Source: a virus | Lineage: Duplodnaviria > Caudoviricetes | DNA length: 64,000 bases | Virus record (IMG/VR): IMGVR_UViG_3300031555_000648 | Span: 1 to 64,000 of that record | Reading direction: 5' to 3' (one strand) | Shown here: piece by piece, positions 45,418 through 55,277 of the stretch | Position numbering within the stretch: position 1 is the stretch's first letter | How the letters are laid out: each line of letters begins with the position of its first letter | Made by a program: the position numbers and the translations under genes | Notes under the pieces: generated by a model | The model's input: the letters and a program-made list of their open reading frames with translations, nothing else | What the model was told of the DNA's origin: nothing | The model's database searches: none

Positions 45418-46653
45418 TTAGCACATGGCACAAACCGGAGCACACCTATACGCATAGATAGCGTTGCTGCCGTCGACATAACCAGAAGAGTTCACACTCC
45501 ACGTATTGCTAGCACTACCACGATTACTGCTACGCAGTCGAACACTCTGCGGAGAAGTAGGGTTCTCAATAGCAAATGTTCTCATCTGTGGGAATGTACC
45601 TCCCTGTGCTAAAGGAGTAGCTGACTCTGATACTCTCTTCCAATACTCAAAAATATCACCCTCACCTGCAAGCTGTGGATTGATGTGCATATTTACAAGA
45701 GCAGGTAAGAAGAATGTATCATAAGTGTCCTCAAGGTCATCATCTTCAATATCACCATCAGTAACAGTGTTAAGTGCTGTAGTCACTTTAACTTTACCTA
45801 AGGTCTTAAGGAAGTCATCACCATAGCCACTCATGAAACCTGCTTTGGTTGCTAATTGGTCTGGTGCTCTGTCGAATTGGTTCTGTGCAAGCCACCAAGC
45901 ATTTACATCAGCGTCACTGTTCAACCACTGTCTGATTGCACTTTGAGACCATCTGTTGTAACCATAACCTACTCTGTGCATTGCATTAAGTACTGCGTCT
46001 GCACTGTAAGGTGTGTTAGCACTAAGTGTACCTAAAGAAGTACCTGCACTACCCTCGGTTACTTTTACAGTCTCGATTGCTTCTGTAGCTGTAATGGACT
46101 CATAAGAAGATACTGTCCAAGTATTTGGTGCTTGGTCTGGCATTGCTCTAAAACCACAAAGAACACCACCTACAGGAACGTCTTTAGTCAATGTGAACTG
46201 ATATACTTTATCAGCTACTACATTATTGCCCCAAGAATTTCCCATGGTAATGTTGTAAGTACCTGCTTTAAGAACAGCGTCTTTGCAGTGATAAAATGCT
46301 TCATAGTTGTCAAACTGTACACCAAAAGGTGTTGCATAGTGCCACTGTAAAAACATTGCAGGAACTTCTTCACCATCTGCTAAAGTAACATTGCCAAAGT
46401 GTACAATGTCATGTGGCACTTGGTAAGTGATACCTGTTGCTTTGTCTGTCCAAGGCACTACAATCTGGTCTCCAATGTGGAACATATCTTGTGCTTTTCC
46501 TGCACGAACAATGTTATGAATGTCTTCCAGACTAGAAGTGTTTGCGATTGCTGTATTTGCGATTGCGTTCAGAAGCATATTCTGTGTCTGCAAGTGTTCA
46601 GCAATCTTCTTACCTGTTTCATCTAAGATGATAGGTTTCTGAACTTTACTCAT
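45418..46653 (-). CDS. DGR target protein, 411 aa, probable receptor-binding protein with C-terminal CLec-type VR domain
   Basis: VR encodes ...VRLRS...WSV...G.V......YRCAPVC; follows the baseplate and fibre genes. Confidence 0.9.
   Translation of the reverse strand: MSKVQKPIILDETGKKIAEHLQTQNMLLNAIANTAIANTSSLEDIHNIVRAGKAQDMFHIGDQIVVPWTDKATGITYQVPHDIVHFGNVTLADGEEVPAMFLQWHYATPFGVQFDNYEAFYHCKDAVLKAGTYNITMGNSWGNNVVADKVYQFTLTKDVPVGGVLCGFRAMPDQAPNTWTVSSYESITATEAIETVKVTEGSAGTSLGTLSANTPYSADAVLNAMHRVGYGYNRWSQSAIRQWLNSDADVNAWWLAQNQFDRAPDQLATKAGFMSGYGDDFLKTLGKVKVTTALNTVTDGDIEDDDLEDTYDTFFLPALVNMHINPQLAGEGDIFEYWKRVSESATPLAQGGTFPQMRTFAIENPTSPQSVRLRSSNRGSASNTWSVNSSGYVDGSNAIYAYRCAPVCAMC
45429..45551 (-). 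repeat. DGR variable repeat (VR)
   Basis: 123-bp copy of TR with 9 A>G and 4 A>T changes. Confidence 0.97.
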
Positions 46654-46666
46654 TTACTTTTCCTCC

Positions 46667-47293
46667 TTATTCTTCTTCAAAAGTAACACACATTTCGCCA
46701 CTCTCGTTTAATGATAAACCAAGGTCGGAAACAGGTGTCACTTTGTATTCATCAACAAAGCTGTTGAGGTCAGAATTAAATGAGCCAACCTCTACATACT
46801 TAGCTGTGTCTGTGTTACTAGGTACTTCTGCACCACACATCAATGTGTAGCAAACTGCCTTTCTGCGTGTAGTTTCAACAGGACTTCTGCTGTCTTGGAT
46901 TGGATTACTTACTGTAGCACCTGCTGTATTACCATAGGCTTTAAGAGTATCAGTTCTTGTCACATCAACTTCTTCCACCTTGAAGTAAGCATACTTGTTA
47001 GCATTACTTAAAGTAACCTGCACACTCTGAACATAAGCAGTAAGACCACTTTCTTCTAAGATAACAGTGTTCTTCACTGTCAGCACTTTTGTGTCCTTGT
47101 TGAACACTAATGAGTCATCTGCAAGTGGCAACACACAAGACCCAAACGCTTTAATTACTCTGGATAACTTGGTGGTCACAATCTGCTGTAACTCATTCAT
47201 TTCAACCTCAAGCAGTGGTTTGTTAGCACCAAAGACAACACTTGAAAAAGAGGTATTCTCATTGTAATTACTATGCTTTTCAAATCCGTTCAT
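46667..47293 (-). CDS. Tail/baseplate-associated protein (VVFGANKPLLEVEMNELQ)
   Basis: ORF track; N-terminal motif resembles tail-fibre attachment domains; position. Confidence 0.6.
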   Translation of the reverse strand: MNGFEKHSNYNENTSFSSVVFGANKPLLEVEMNELQQIVTTKLSRVIKAFGSCVLPLADDSLVFNKDTKVLTVKNTVILEESGLTAYVQSVQVTLSNANKYAYFKVEEVDVTRTDTLKAYGNTAGATVSNPIQDSRSPVETTRRKAVCYTLMCGAEVPSNTDTAKYVEVGSFNSDLNSFVDEYKVTPVSDLGLSLNESGEMCVTFEEE

Positions 47294-47297
47294 AGCG

Positions 47298-47325
47298 GTT
47301 TACCTCCTTATACTAAACTAAGAGT
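47298..47325. repeat. 28-bp direct repeat, copy 1
   Basis: GTTTACCTCCTTATACTAAACTAAGAGT, identical to 49171-49198. Confidence 0.95.
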
Positions 47326-47892
47326 AAATCTCATTGTACGCTCAATGACCATTTCCTCTGTCTTGGTGATTACTGCATGGTGTCTCTTGTTAATCATGAT
47401 ACCACTGTTTGCAACTGCTGTTGCATTTCCTCCGAAAATACCAAATTCTCTCCAAACACCATTACAATCAGAAGCACCAAAGGTGTGTTTGATTTGAAGA
47501 ATGTTTGTAGGTGTGGACACCACTTCATAATTGGCATTAAGGAATGATAACTCACTAGCACTGATAGGAACACGACCTAACTCTGCTGTGAGTCTTGTAG
47601 CAGTAATGTCTGGTGTTGGCATTGTGTTATCCCACGCTTCTGCACCACTACCTACTGCCCAATACTGAATACCTGCATATCCAGACTGTTGTTTCAACAG
47701 ACACATAACTAAATTCAAGAATGAGTTTACAACTAAATTCTGTCCTACTCTTTCTTCAACTAAGACACCATTCTTGAAAATTCGGTCAGTAATCTGTCCT
47801 GTCATGTGTACATTGGAAGCGTCACCTGCAAGTAACTTCACTGCGAGATTTTCACTATCCTGTTGACACATAGATACATTTTCTCTCATCAT
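47308..47892 (-). CDS. Tail collar/fibre-attachment-like protein
   Basis: NLVVN, YWAVGSG, T.L.AE..R, GVWREFGIFGG pattern; start 47892 by RBS. Confidence 0.7.
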   Translation of the reverse strand: MMRENVSMCQQDSENLAVKLLAGDASNVHMTGQITDRIFKNGVLVEERVGQNLVVNSFLNLVMCLLKQQSGYAGIQYWAVGSGAEAWDNTMPTPDITATRLTAELGRVPISASELSFLNANYEVVSTPTNILQIKHTFGASDCNGVWREFGIFGGNATAVANSGIMINKRHHAVITKTEEMVIERTMRFTLSLV

Positions 47893-47931
47893 GGTCTTTT
47901 TACCTCCTTGTGATATTTGTTGTATATAGAG

Positions 47932-47986
47932 AAAAGGTGATACCCTTAATATTATTAAGAATACCACCTTTTTGGCTTTTTAGCAA
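47932..47986 (-). terminator. Long hairpin (47932-47972) overlapping promoter TTGCTA-17-TATTCT
   Basis: AAAAGGTG...CACCTTTT outer stem and CTTAAT/ATTAAG inner stem. Confidence 0.7.
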
Positions 47987-48027
47987 GTAATTATTGATAT
48001 TGAATTGTACCTTAACATACTTGTCAT

Positions 48028-48540
48028 CTATTCAACCTTATAAATATACAAAGATGCATAACCATTAGTGCCTTTTGTAACATTGGCTGTAATTTCTACA
48101 TTTGCTTCAATATCGAATACCCAAGGCTCTGTCACCGTTCCTGTGGATACAAGAGTTGCTTCGGCCGGTATTGTCCATCCCATATTTTTAACAGAGCTGG
48201 CACTGGCTTCATCACCAGTATATCTTTGAAAATAATATATATTGCCACCAAAAATCAATACATTGCCATTTACCAATAATCTTTCTTGAACAGGCTCATT
48301 ACCACAACCTTGAAACCAAAACGCATATCTTCCACTCTCCAACACTTTCAAACTACCTGCTGTACTACCAACTGAAAAACCTTGATATTCTAAAGGTATT
48401 ATACCAAAACTATTGTTCTGACCGCAAAAAGCAAATACTCTATCGTTTACATTGTTTACAACCTTTTCATATATAGCGTCAATCTTTTCCTCTGTTTTAG
48501 CGTTCATACTTCCTCCACCACCATTGTTAAAATAAGCCAT
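48028..48540 (-). CDS. Beta-rich putative tail fibre/receptor module (MAYFNNGGGGS...)
   Basis: Track ORF 48028-48549; Gly linker followed by a beta-rich domain. Confidence 0.6.
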   Translation of the reverse strand: MAYFNNGGGGSMNAKTEEKIDAIYEKVVNNVNDRVFAFCGQNNSFGIIPLEYQGFSVGSTAGSLKVLESGRYAFWFQGCGNEPVQERLLVNGNVLIFGGNIYYFQRYTGDEASASSVKNMGWTIPAEATLVSTGTVTEPWVFDIEANVEITANVTKGTNGYASLYIYKVE

Positions 48541-49166
48541 TATAAACACCTCACTTTCACTGTTATATCTTTTTCTTGTGCTTCATACATTATTGTGATA
48601 CTTCCATTTGTCACCACAGGCTCTTCAACAGGACTAACACCCCAGACAGTGTAAATATCTACAATAGAGTCTTCTTTAATACGCTCATCTGTAAGTGTTA
48701 TAGAGGTCTCACCTGCTTTCAATTCACCGACAATGAAATTTAACATATCATTCTCTAAAGAGTTAATTTCACCCTCCAACACTTTCAGTTGACTCTCAAT
48801 ATTAGTAAGGTCAACCTTTTGTGTCTCAAGCTGTGCAATCTCATAGAAAAGACCTGTGTATGGGTCAACTTCATCTAACACTTTTGAAATCCACCAATCT
48901 GGTACATCAATCTCAACTATGTAGAGGTTGTCACCTACATTGTAAAGACCTTTGTTTGCTTCATCAGACAGGAATATCCTCATAGCTTCTGTAGTGTAGA
49001 AAACGTGTGCTTGATTTCTGCCTTTGGCAACTTTAAGTGCTGTGTCAACATTTTCGTTTGTTAAACTTAAAGAAACCTGCAAGTCATCAATTCCGTCTTG
49101 CAGGTTATCATATAAGTCTTTATTCATTACAGTAACATGGTCTGTAACTTCTCTCCTTGAATACAT
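48540..49166 (-). CDS. Tail fibre-like protein
   Basis: YDNLQDGI N-terminal motif, GDNLYIVE.DVPDWW, coiled coil. Confidence 0.65.
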   Translation of the reverse strand: MYSRREVTDHVTVMNKDLYDNLQDGIDDLQVSLSLTNENVDTALKVAKGRNQAHVFYTTEAMRIFLSDEANKGLYNVGDNLYIVEIDVPDWWISKVLDEVDPYTGLFYEIAQLETQKVDLTNIESQLKVLEGEINSLENDMLNFIVGELKAGETSITLTDERIKEDSIVDIYTVWGVSPVEEPVVTNGSITIMYEAQEKDITVKVRCL

Positions 49167-49170
49167 TATT

Positions 49171-49198
49171 GTTTACCTCCTTATACTAAACTAAGAGT
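49171..49198. repeat. 28-bp direct repeat, copy 2
   Basis: Identical to 47298-47325. Confidence 0.95.
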
Positions 49199-50440
49199 TT
49201 AATGGAGGATAACTGCCTTTTCGCCATTTGCGTAGGTGATGGTGTCATAATTGTTGATACCATTAGTGAAAAACCCTCCATTAAGCACATTATACTCGCT
49301 GTTAGTAAATGCGTCTATAGGTTGCACTAAACTACCAGAAACTACCATACTGTGTTCAATGTGGTCTTCTACAATATCAGCAATACCATCATCATAGGTG
49401 GCTAAAATACTCTCACCCATTATTGCTTCACCAAGAAGAGCATTATATTCAATTTTCTTTCCTTTTGACCAAATACTAACATTCTCATTATAGACATTTT
49501 TCACACAATTTGTCAAGTATTCAGACAAAATAACTTTTTGCTCTTCCAGAACAGGAACAGGCTTAAATATATCAAAGAACTCATCTACCCTTACAAAGTA
49601 GTTGAGAATACGTTTATCATTGGTGTTAAAGTTGTCATTATTCAACACACCGATAAGTGGTGTAAACTCTATGTCAAGACCTGCTTTTTCATTAAGGATA
49701 AAGGTAACACTGTCTTTGTGTTGGTCAACCTCAATATAAACAGGAACTTCATTCAGCACAAGGTCTCCATTAAGGACTTTTTCTGGGTCATTTAAAGTGG
49801 AGTCTTCTGACTGAATTGCAAGGTGTTGTAATCCACCTACTTCATCTTTGGTCTCTATAATCAAGTCTTCTAACCACTCTCTTGTGATAAGTCTCAAGTC
49901 CTCATAGAACATATAGGAATACACTAAGGATTTCTTTGAGTAGAATGGTAAAAACTTTTCCAAAATTCTGTTGAACTGTTCAACTTCTGGGAAGTACTCA
50001 CCAATGTTATAGTCCATTTCAAGTTTGACTTCAATGATAGGTGTAAATCCATCTTCATCAATAGTGGTGTTAGTGGTTACTTTAACACCAGACAGTGCAG
50101 AGGTAATAAACTCTACAACATCTAATGAGCCTTTCTTTGACCACGCTTCACCTAACTTTGGTAACAGGTATCTTAAGTAGTTCTCTGGAATACCATTAAA
50201 CGTCTCAAAGCCAAACTGACGCAAGAGAATGGGTAGGACTTTGGAGTCCACCCTTTCTGCGTCAATTAAAGTAGTGATACCATTTATGTCAGTGATAGTA
50301 GGACTAAAACCTCCGTCTGCTAATGCTTCTAAGTATCTCTTGAGTGCATATTTCTGGCTTACGTCATCTTCCCTATATTTCGGTGGAAATCTGTTATACA
50401 TTTTCAACCCAAAATCTTTGTCATTTAATGTATTTGCCAT
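49199..50440 (-). CDS. Baseplate wedge protein (P2 gpI-like N-terminal domain)
   Basis: RFPPKYREDD, LKRYL, DAERV....LPIL...FG, KKGS motifs; follows the J-like gene. Confidence 0.8.
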   Translation of the reverse strand: MANTLNDKDFGLKMYNRFPPKYREDDVSQKYALKRYLEALADGGFSPTITDINGITTLIDAERVDSKVLPILLRQFGFETFNGIPENYLRYLLPKLGEAWSKKGSLDVVEFITSALSGVKVTTNTTIDEDGFTPIIEVKLEMDYNIGEYFPEVEQFNRILEKFLPFYSKKSLVYSYMFYEDLRLITREWLEDLIIETKDEVGGLQHLAIQSEDSTLNDPEKVLNGDLVLNEVPVYIEVDQHKDSVTFILNEKAGLDIEFTPLIGVLNNDNFNTNDKRILNYFVRVDEFFDIFKPVPVLEEQKVILSEYLTNCVKNVYNENVSIWSKGKKIEYNALLGEAIMGESILATYDDGIADIVEDHIEHSMVVSGSLVQPIDAFTNSEYNVLNGGFFTNGINNYDTITYANGEKAVILH

Positions 50441-50457
50441 GACTCATCACTCCTTTC

Positions 50458-51924
50458 TTATAAGTATTCAGCAGTAATTGTTACAGTACCTAAGGTAAGC
50501 ACATTTTCTTCTGCACTAGGTCTAATAATATCCTCTGTTGGTGTGTTGATACGGAATGACAAGATACCATCAAAGGTGTTCTTAATCTCATTCTCAATAT
50601 CAGACTTTGTAAGTGTGTCTCCAAACTGTAACTCACCATAGTGGAATGTCACACCCTCTAAATAAGCTGTTGCATTTGCCACTAACTCATCTTTGTCATA
50701 GTCTGGGTCAACAAACATTTTAGCCGAAATATTTACAGGCTGTGGAACATAAGAATGTAACTCATGTGAGATACCTGCAATACATCTTGCACCAATGTAT
50801 GACATTATGTCTGACACTAGCTTATCTGTCATGCTATAACCATTTCTAAGCATATAGAAGAGGTCAACATTTCTCGGATTATTCACCTCATCTTTTCTCA
50901 TAGCTTTCACACACAGTAGGTCATAAAAGTTAATCCTTAAAAGGTCTTCATAGTCCTCAAAGGTGACTAATCGGTCTCTGGTTCGGAAACTTGCAGGTGC
51001 ATTTTGTTTAATGCTGTCAAGACTCTCTTTCTCATGACCTAACACTGTTGCTTCAAGGTTAAATGTGGACTCCACATAAGCAATGCTTGTATCTAACTCT
51101 GTGATGATATTAGCACTTACATTACCCACTTCACCACCACCAATTCTGTAGTTGGCAACAATACCATTTGGATATGCTGTAGGAACTTTACCTTTCAGAC
51201 CATTTCCAAACTCTACAGTACACACATTAAACTCATCAACGCTAGTCATGAACACCTTGCTTGTCTCATCATAGTCAAGGAAACTGTCAACTCTCTTCCA
51301 GAGTTCTTGACCTGTTCCCTCATTCACATAGAGTTCAATACTGTCAACTAACACTCCTGTGTAGTTTAACTTGAAAGACTGCAAAGGTGCACCAGATGAA
51401 GTTCCAATAACATCTTGGTACACACTAGACCCATGTTTAATTGTAGCTGTGTATAAGTACTTGCCATTCTTGTCTTGCTCATTACCAAGAGCACCACTTG
51501 GGATAATAAGGTCTTCCATGGTCTCAAAGTAAAGTGTAGCAAGGTCAGAAGAGTCTTTGGTCTTGACTACAGTTCCTTTAGGAATAACTGTTATCTCATC
51601 TCTAGGCTCACCTAAAACAAACACTTGCTCATACTCACTTGCTGTCTGATTATAAGGTGTGTAGCCTAAACACTTGGCAATAATAACTGCAAGACTTCTA
51701 TCCTGTGTAGTAGGAAGAAGCACATCATTTGCAATTATATCTAAATACAACGAAAGAATATCCAGACCATTTGCGAGTGCTTCAAGTATTACAATACCTG
51801 CGTCAGTACCACTTGTGTCTGTATATTCTGGCATTTTCTCCTGCAACTTTTGTATAAGCAGTTCTCTAAATGCTTCATAATCCCTGCTTGTGTAATCAAT
51901 ATTAGCTGTTGGTTTTCTACTCAT
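50458..51924 (-). CDS. Baseplate J / T4 gp6-like wedge protein
   Basis: IDYTSRDY, D.GIVILE, GYTP, YRIGGGE.GNV and RDRLVT.EDY motifs. Confidence 0.9.
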   Translation of the reverse strand: MSRKPTANIDYTSRDYEAFRELLIQKLQEKMPEYTDTSGTDAGIVILEALANGLDILSLYLDIIANDVLLPTTQDRSLAVIIAKCLGYTPYNQTASEYEQVFVLGEPRDEITVIPKGTVVKTKDSSDLATLYFETMEDLIIPSGALGNEQDKNGKYLYTATIKHGSSVYQDVIGTSSGAPLQSFKLNYTGVLVDSIELYVNEGTGQELWKRVDSFLDYDETSKVFMTSVDEFNVCTVEFGNGLKGKVPTAYPNGIVANYRIGGGEVGNVSANIITELDTSIAYVESTFNLEATVLGHEKESLDSIKQNAPASFRTRDRLVTFEDYEDLLRINFYDLLCVKAMRKDEVNNPRNVDLFYMLRNGYSMTDKLVSDIMSYIGARCIAGISHELHSYVPQPVNISAKMFVDPDYDKDELVANATAYLEGVTFHYGELQFGDTLTKSDIENEIKNTFDGILSFRINTPTEDIIRPSAEENVLTLGTVTITAEYL

Positions 51925-52333
51925 GACTCACTTCACCTACCTTTATTTTACTTGTGTAAAAAGTGTTGTACTTAATGATTTTGTATGAGATTAAAGCATA
52001 TAAGTACTCTACTCCATTATCATCTACTTCGACTTCAAACTCTATGCCATCTTCTTCACATTCAATTCTTCGCTCCAATCTGTCAAGGTCAGAAACAATT
52101 CTGGTCTTTAACACCTGCTGTAAGGTCAAGTCATTTGGCTCAAAAAGAAGTGAAGTAACAGTGGTATAAATATCTGCTTCCATAGGTCTTTCTAAATAAT
52201 TTGTGTTGAATATCTGTTGAATACTCTCCGCAATGTGGGTTGGGTCTGTTCTGCTTGTTGTTGACATTACACACCCACCACGATTACTTATACGGAAAGG
52301 ATAACTGATACCTGTAAATCCACTCTGTGGCAT
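51917..52333 (-). CDS. Baseplate gp25/W-like protein
   Basis: GISYPFRI...I.ESI.QI..T...ER.M motifs. Confidence 0.9.
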   Translation of the reverse strand: MPQSGFTGISYPFRISNRGGCVMSTTSRTDPTHIAESIQQIFNTNYLERPMEADIYTTVTSLLFEPNDLTLQQVLKTRIVSDLDRLERRIECEEDGIEFEVEVDDNGVEYLYALISYKIIKYNTFYTSKIKVGEVSHE

Positions 52334-52351
52334 AGGTCATTACCTCCTTTA

Positions 52352-53029
52352 TTATACAGGCAGTCCTGTCTCGTCACCACCTGTTGTAACACCACTGTGC
52401 TTGTGTGATGTAAGAGAAACATTGTTTGCAACAACGCTTGTAGTACCAAGTACTGTAGAACCTTTGACTTGTGCTGTAGCTGTCACATTCTTAGCAGATA
52501 CAGAAGCGTCAGCATTGATTGTACCTCCACCATTCTCACTTGCTGTAGCAGTAATATCTCCTGCTGAAACAGAATAAGCAGTGACTTTACCTTTAACTAC
52601 AAGGTTTCCGTCAACTGTCACTTTGTTGTGCTCTATCTTTAAATCACACACTCCTGCTCCAACATTTATGTCTATTGTACCATCTTTCATTGTGATTGTA
52701 CAGTCGGCATAACTAATAATTCTTACTTTGTCAACATCAGAATAGTTACCACCTAAAGGAGACATATTCTTCTGCCACCAACCACCAAAGTAAACAGGTC
52801 TATTAGCGTCACCTGCAATGAATTGAACCCACACTGTCTCATCTTTAGCAGGAATACAAAAATCACCACCATTATCATAGGCAACAGGAACTACAGGGTC
52901 ACACCATGCACTCTCCGTACTTCCTCCTAAAACTTCTGGACATTTAATTTTTATTCTTCCACGCTTCTCTGGGTCATTGATATTTGTAACAACACCTTGA
53001 TACATACCATAATATTTATTTTCTGCCAT
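52352..53029 (-). CDS. Baseplate central spike (gpV/gp5 OB-fold, HxH apex)
   Basis: GVV....DPEKRGRIK, P...E.VWV.F..GD..RP and HKHSGV motifs. Confidence 0.9.
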   Translation of the reverse strand: MAENKYYGMYQGVVTNINDPEKRGRIKIKCPEVLGGSTESAWCDPVVPVAYDNGGDFCIPAKDETVWVQFIAGDANRPVYFGGWWQKNMSPLGGNYSDVDKVRIISYADCTITMKDGTIDINVGAGVCDLKIEHNKVTVDGNLVVKGKVTAYSVSAGDITATASENGGGTINADASVSAKNVTATAQVKGSTVLGTTSVVANNVSLTSHKHSGVTTGGDETGLPV

Positions 53030-53040
53030 AACTATACCTC

Positions 53041-53664
53041 CTAAGGAATGATAAATACTTGACCCGGATAAATCAAGTTAGGGTTAGCAATCTTTCCTGT
53101 GTTTGCGTCAACAATCTTAGTGTACATAGAACCACTTCCATAAAATCTCTTAGCAATATTCCAGAGACAATCACCCTTAACAACAGTGTATGTTCTCTGT
53201 GCTGTACTTGCTTGAGGTGAAGAAGCAACTTTCTTCTCCACAGCAGGTTTCTGGGTAGTAGAAGAGGTAACTTTAAGAGATTTACCAAAGTCTGTTCTGA
53301 TAAGCACTGCACTATGAGAATAACCATTACTACTAATTTGTCTTGTCACTTCTTTTACATAATAATTACCACTTAAATACTTACCAAGACCCTCTAACTT
53401 TACAGTATCACCTGCTCTTAATTTTATGGTCTCTTCTGTAACAATGAAACTTAAAGTACCAGAGAGTGTGTTTAACTCAATGGTGTTATATTGTTTCTCT
53501 ACTGAACCTGTACTACTGTCTTTGTCGGAAGTGGAAGAAGTGAGGTTATCACCATTACTACTATTTTGGCTACTTGGGGAAGTATCAGTATCTTCTGTTG
53601 TAGTCGTACTCTTTGTCCATTCACCTGTACTTGGGTCATAGGTGTATGAAGAACTTCTTGGCAT
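53041..53664 (-). CDS. LysM-domain baseplate/tail protein
   Basis: [25 protein letters not shown]...[10 protein letters not shown]. Confidence 0.9.
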   Translation of the reverse strand: MPRSSSYTYDPSTGEWTKSTTTTEDTDTSPSSQNSSNGDNLTSSTSDKDSSTGSVEKQYNTIELNTLSGTLSFIVTEETIKLRAGDTVKLEGLGKYLSGNYYVKEVTRQISSNGYSHSAVLIRTDFGKSLKVTSSTTQKPAVEKKVASSPQASTAQRTYTVVKGDCLWNIAKRFYGSGSMYTKIVDANTGKIANPNLIYPGQVFIIP

Positions 53665-53676
53665 AATCTCACCTCC

Positions 53677-54522
53677 TTAATTCTTAGTCCACGTTCTTGT
53701 TGCAGGGTTATAAGTATAACCACCACTAGCACTCTGGCTAGAAGCACTACCATTCTCACTTGCACTACCACTTCCAGAACTGACTGTACCATTGGAAGTA
53801 GAAACACTCTTATCACTTGTGTTGACAGAAGCACCACTAATTTCAACTTTCTTAGTCTCTTTGTTAATCTTAGGACTAAAACTGATAACCTCATGTGGGT
53901 ACTTCTTGTAAGTCAAGGTCATTTTAGGTGTCTCTAATTTACCCATCTTCACATAGTAGAATGTATTTCCAACTAAACGTGCTGTAAATGGGTAAACTTC
54001 ATCACCTGCAAGTTTGGTAATGAAGTCAATATCTGTCTGGTTTGACTGTGTAATGGTCTCATGAGTTTTAAAGGCATAATCACTCTCAATAACACATGAA
54101 TAACCATAACTCTGCACAATCTTCTTAACCACGTCAGCATTTGTACAATTATTAAAGGTTGCGTCTTTCTTTGTCCTATTCATAATATGGGTGTTGTCCA
54201 TACAAGTAATAGTCAATTTCGGACTACCTGTATTTTCAAAGTTTATATCAATGGCACTAATGTACCCCTCAAAATTCACACGATAGGTGGTGTTATCCCA
54301 CCCCAACTTTATTTTGATAGAGTTGTCTTCTAAGAAGATGTTATCCTCTATAAAAAGAAACTCTGGGTCAGTGATAACAAGTGTTGCTGTATCACTGCCC
54401 TCAACTGTCTCTTTTATATCAATAGAGTTTATACAGGCTTTCTTATTCATTCCGAGTTTAGTACCACTAATCCAAACATCATAAATTATGGCTAAAATGC
54501 CACCTTGTTTATACTTAGACAT
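53677..54522 (-). CDS. Baseplate hub (gpD/gp27-like)
   Basis: IKLGW..., F.G.I, Q.NQTD.DF motifs. Confidence 0.85.
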   Translation of the reverse strand: MSKYKQGGILAIIYDVWISGTKLGMNKKACINSIDIKETVEGSDTATLVITDPEFLFIEDNIFLEDNSIKIKLGWDNTTYRVNFEGYISAIDINFENTGSPKLTITCMDNTHIMNRTKKDATFNNCTNADVVKKIVQSYGYSCVIESDYAFKTHETITQSNQTDIDFITKLAGDEVYPFTARLVGNTFYYVKMGKLETPKMTLTYKKYPHEVISFSPKINKETKKVEISGASVNTSDKSVSTSNGTVSSGSGSASENGSASSQSASGGYTYNPATRTWTKN

Positions 54523-54814
54523 TTACTAAACTCACCACCTCTTCATAATCTGGAATGAGAATAACATCACCACACTGTATGTCAAACTCTGTTCTGTATT
54601 TAGGGTTTGCGTCTAAAATCGCCCATCTTAGAGCACAAACACCATAGTAACGAAAAGCAACACCATCAAGTGTATCACCCTCACACCATTCATGGTTGGT
54701 GCAATTTTCTTGATTGAAAGTAAAACGCTTTCTCATTTCAAGTGTAGGACTATCCCACCCCAATCTGGTGGCTTGTCTTGTATGTAAGTATCTTGAATTT
54801 TCATATACTGCCAT
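54515..54814 (-). CDS. Tail X / LysM-like baseplate protein
   Basis: GDTLD.VA.RYYG...RW.I.DANP motif. Confidence 0.85.
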   Translation of the reverse strand: MAVYENSRYLHTRQATRLGWDSPTLEMRKRFTFNQENCTNHEWCEGDTLDGVAFRYYGVCALRWAILDANPKYRTEFDIQCGDVILIPDYEEVVSLVNV

Positions 54815-55263
54815 TATGCACCCACCTGCCTTACTGTTAATGTGAAACGTGTCATGAGTGGCTGACCATCTTCATTCAACCACTCATCATTCACGTCTAA
54901 GTGTACAAGTACTAAGGTCTTTACAAAGTAACCATAAGCAAAAGTGAATGTAGGTGGCTTTGTAAAAGACTCTTTATTCTTTTCTGGTGGTAAAAGACCC
55001 TCAAGGAACTTTCTTGCAGTGTTAATCTTACCACTATAAGGCTTATCATAATAAAACACTTCAAAAGAGAACTCTCTCACTTGACCTCCGACATATTGAG
55101 TTAAAGGATAACTCATGCCCGGACTTTCGATTGAAGTGTAGTTTGCCCCTCTTCCGTATGGAACGGAAGTAGGGTTAAACTGAAAAGTCATCTTTTTATT
55201 ATTGTCATTTCTGATAACATAACACCTTGTCTTTGCTCTGCTGTCTGCATTAAACTTACTCAT
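54814..55263 (-). CDS. Tube-initiator (CIS tube-like) protein
   Basis: FQFNP.S, P.TQYVGG..R.F, PP.F.F and G.P motifs. Confidence 0.85.
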   Translation of the reverse strand: MSKFNADSRAKTRCYVIRNDNNKKMTFQFNPTSVPYGRGANYTSIESPGMSYPLTQYVGGQVREFSFEVFYYDKPYSGKINTARKFLEGLLPPEKNKESFTKPPTFTFAYGYFVKTLVLVHLDVNDEWLNEDGQPLMTRFTLTVRQVGA

Positions 55264-55277
55264 CTACATTCACCTCC

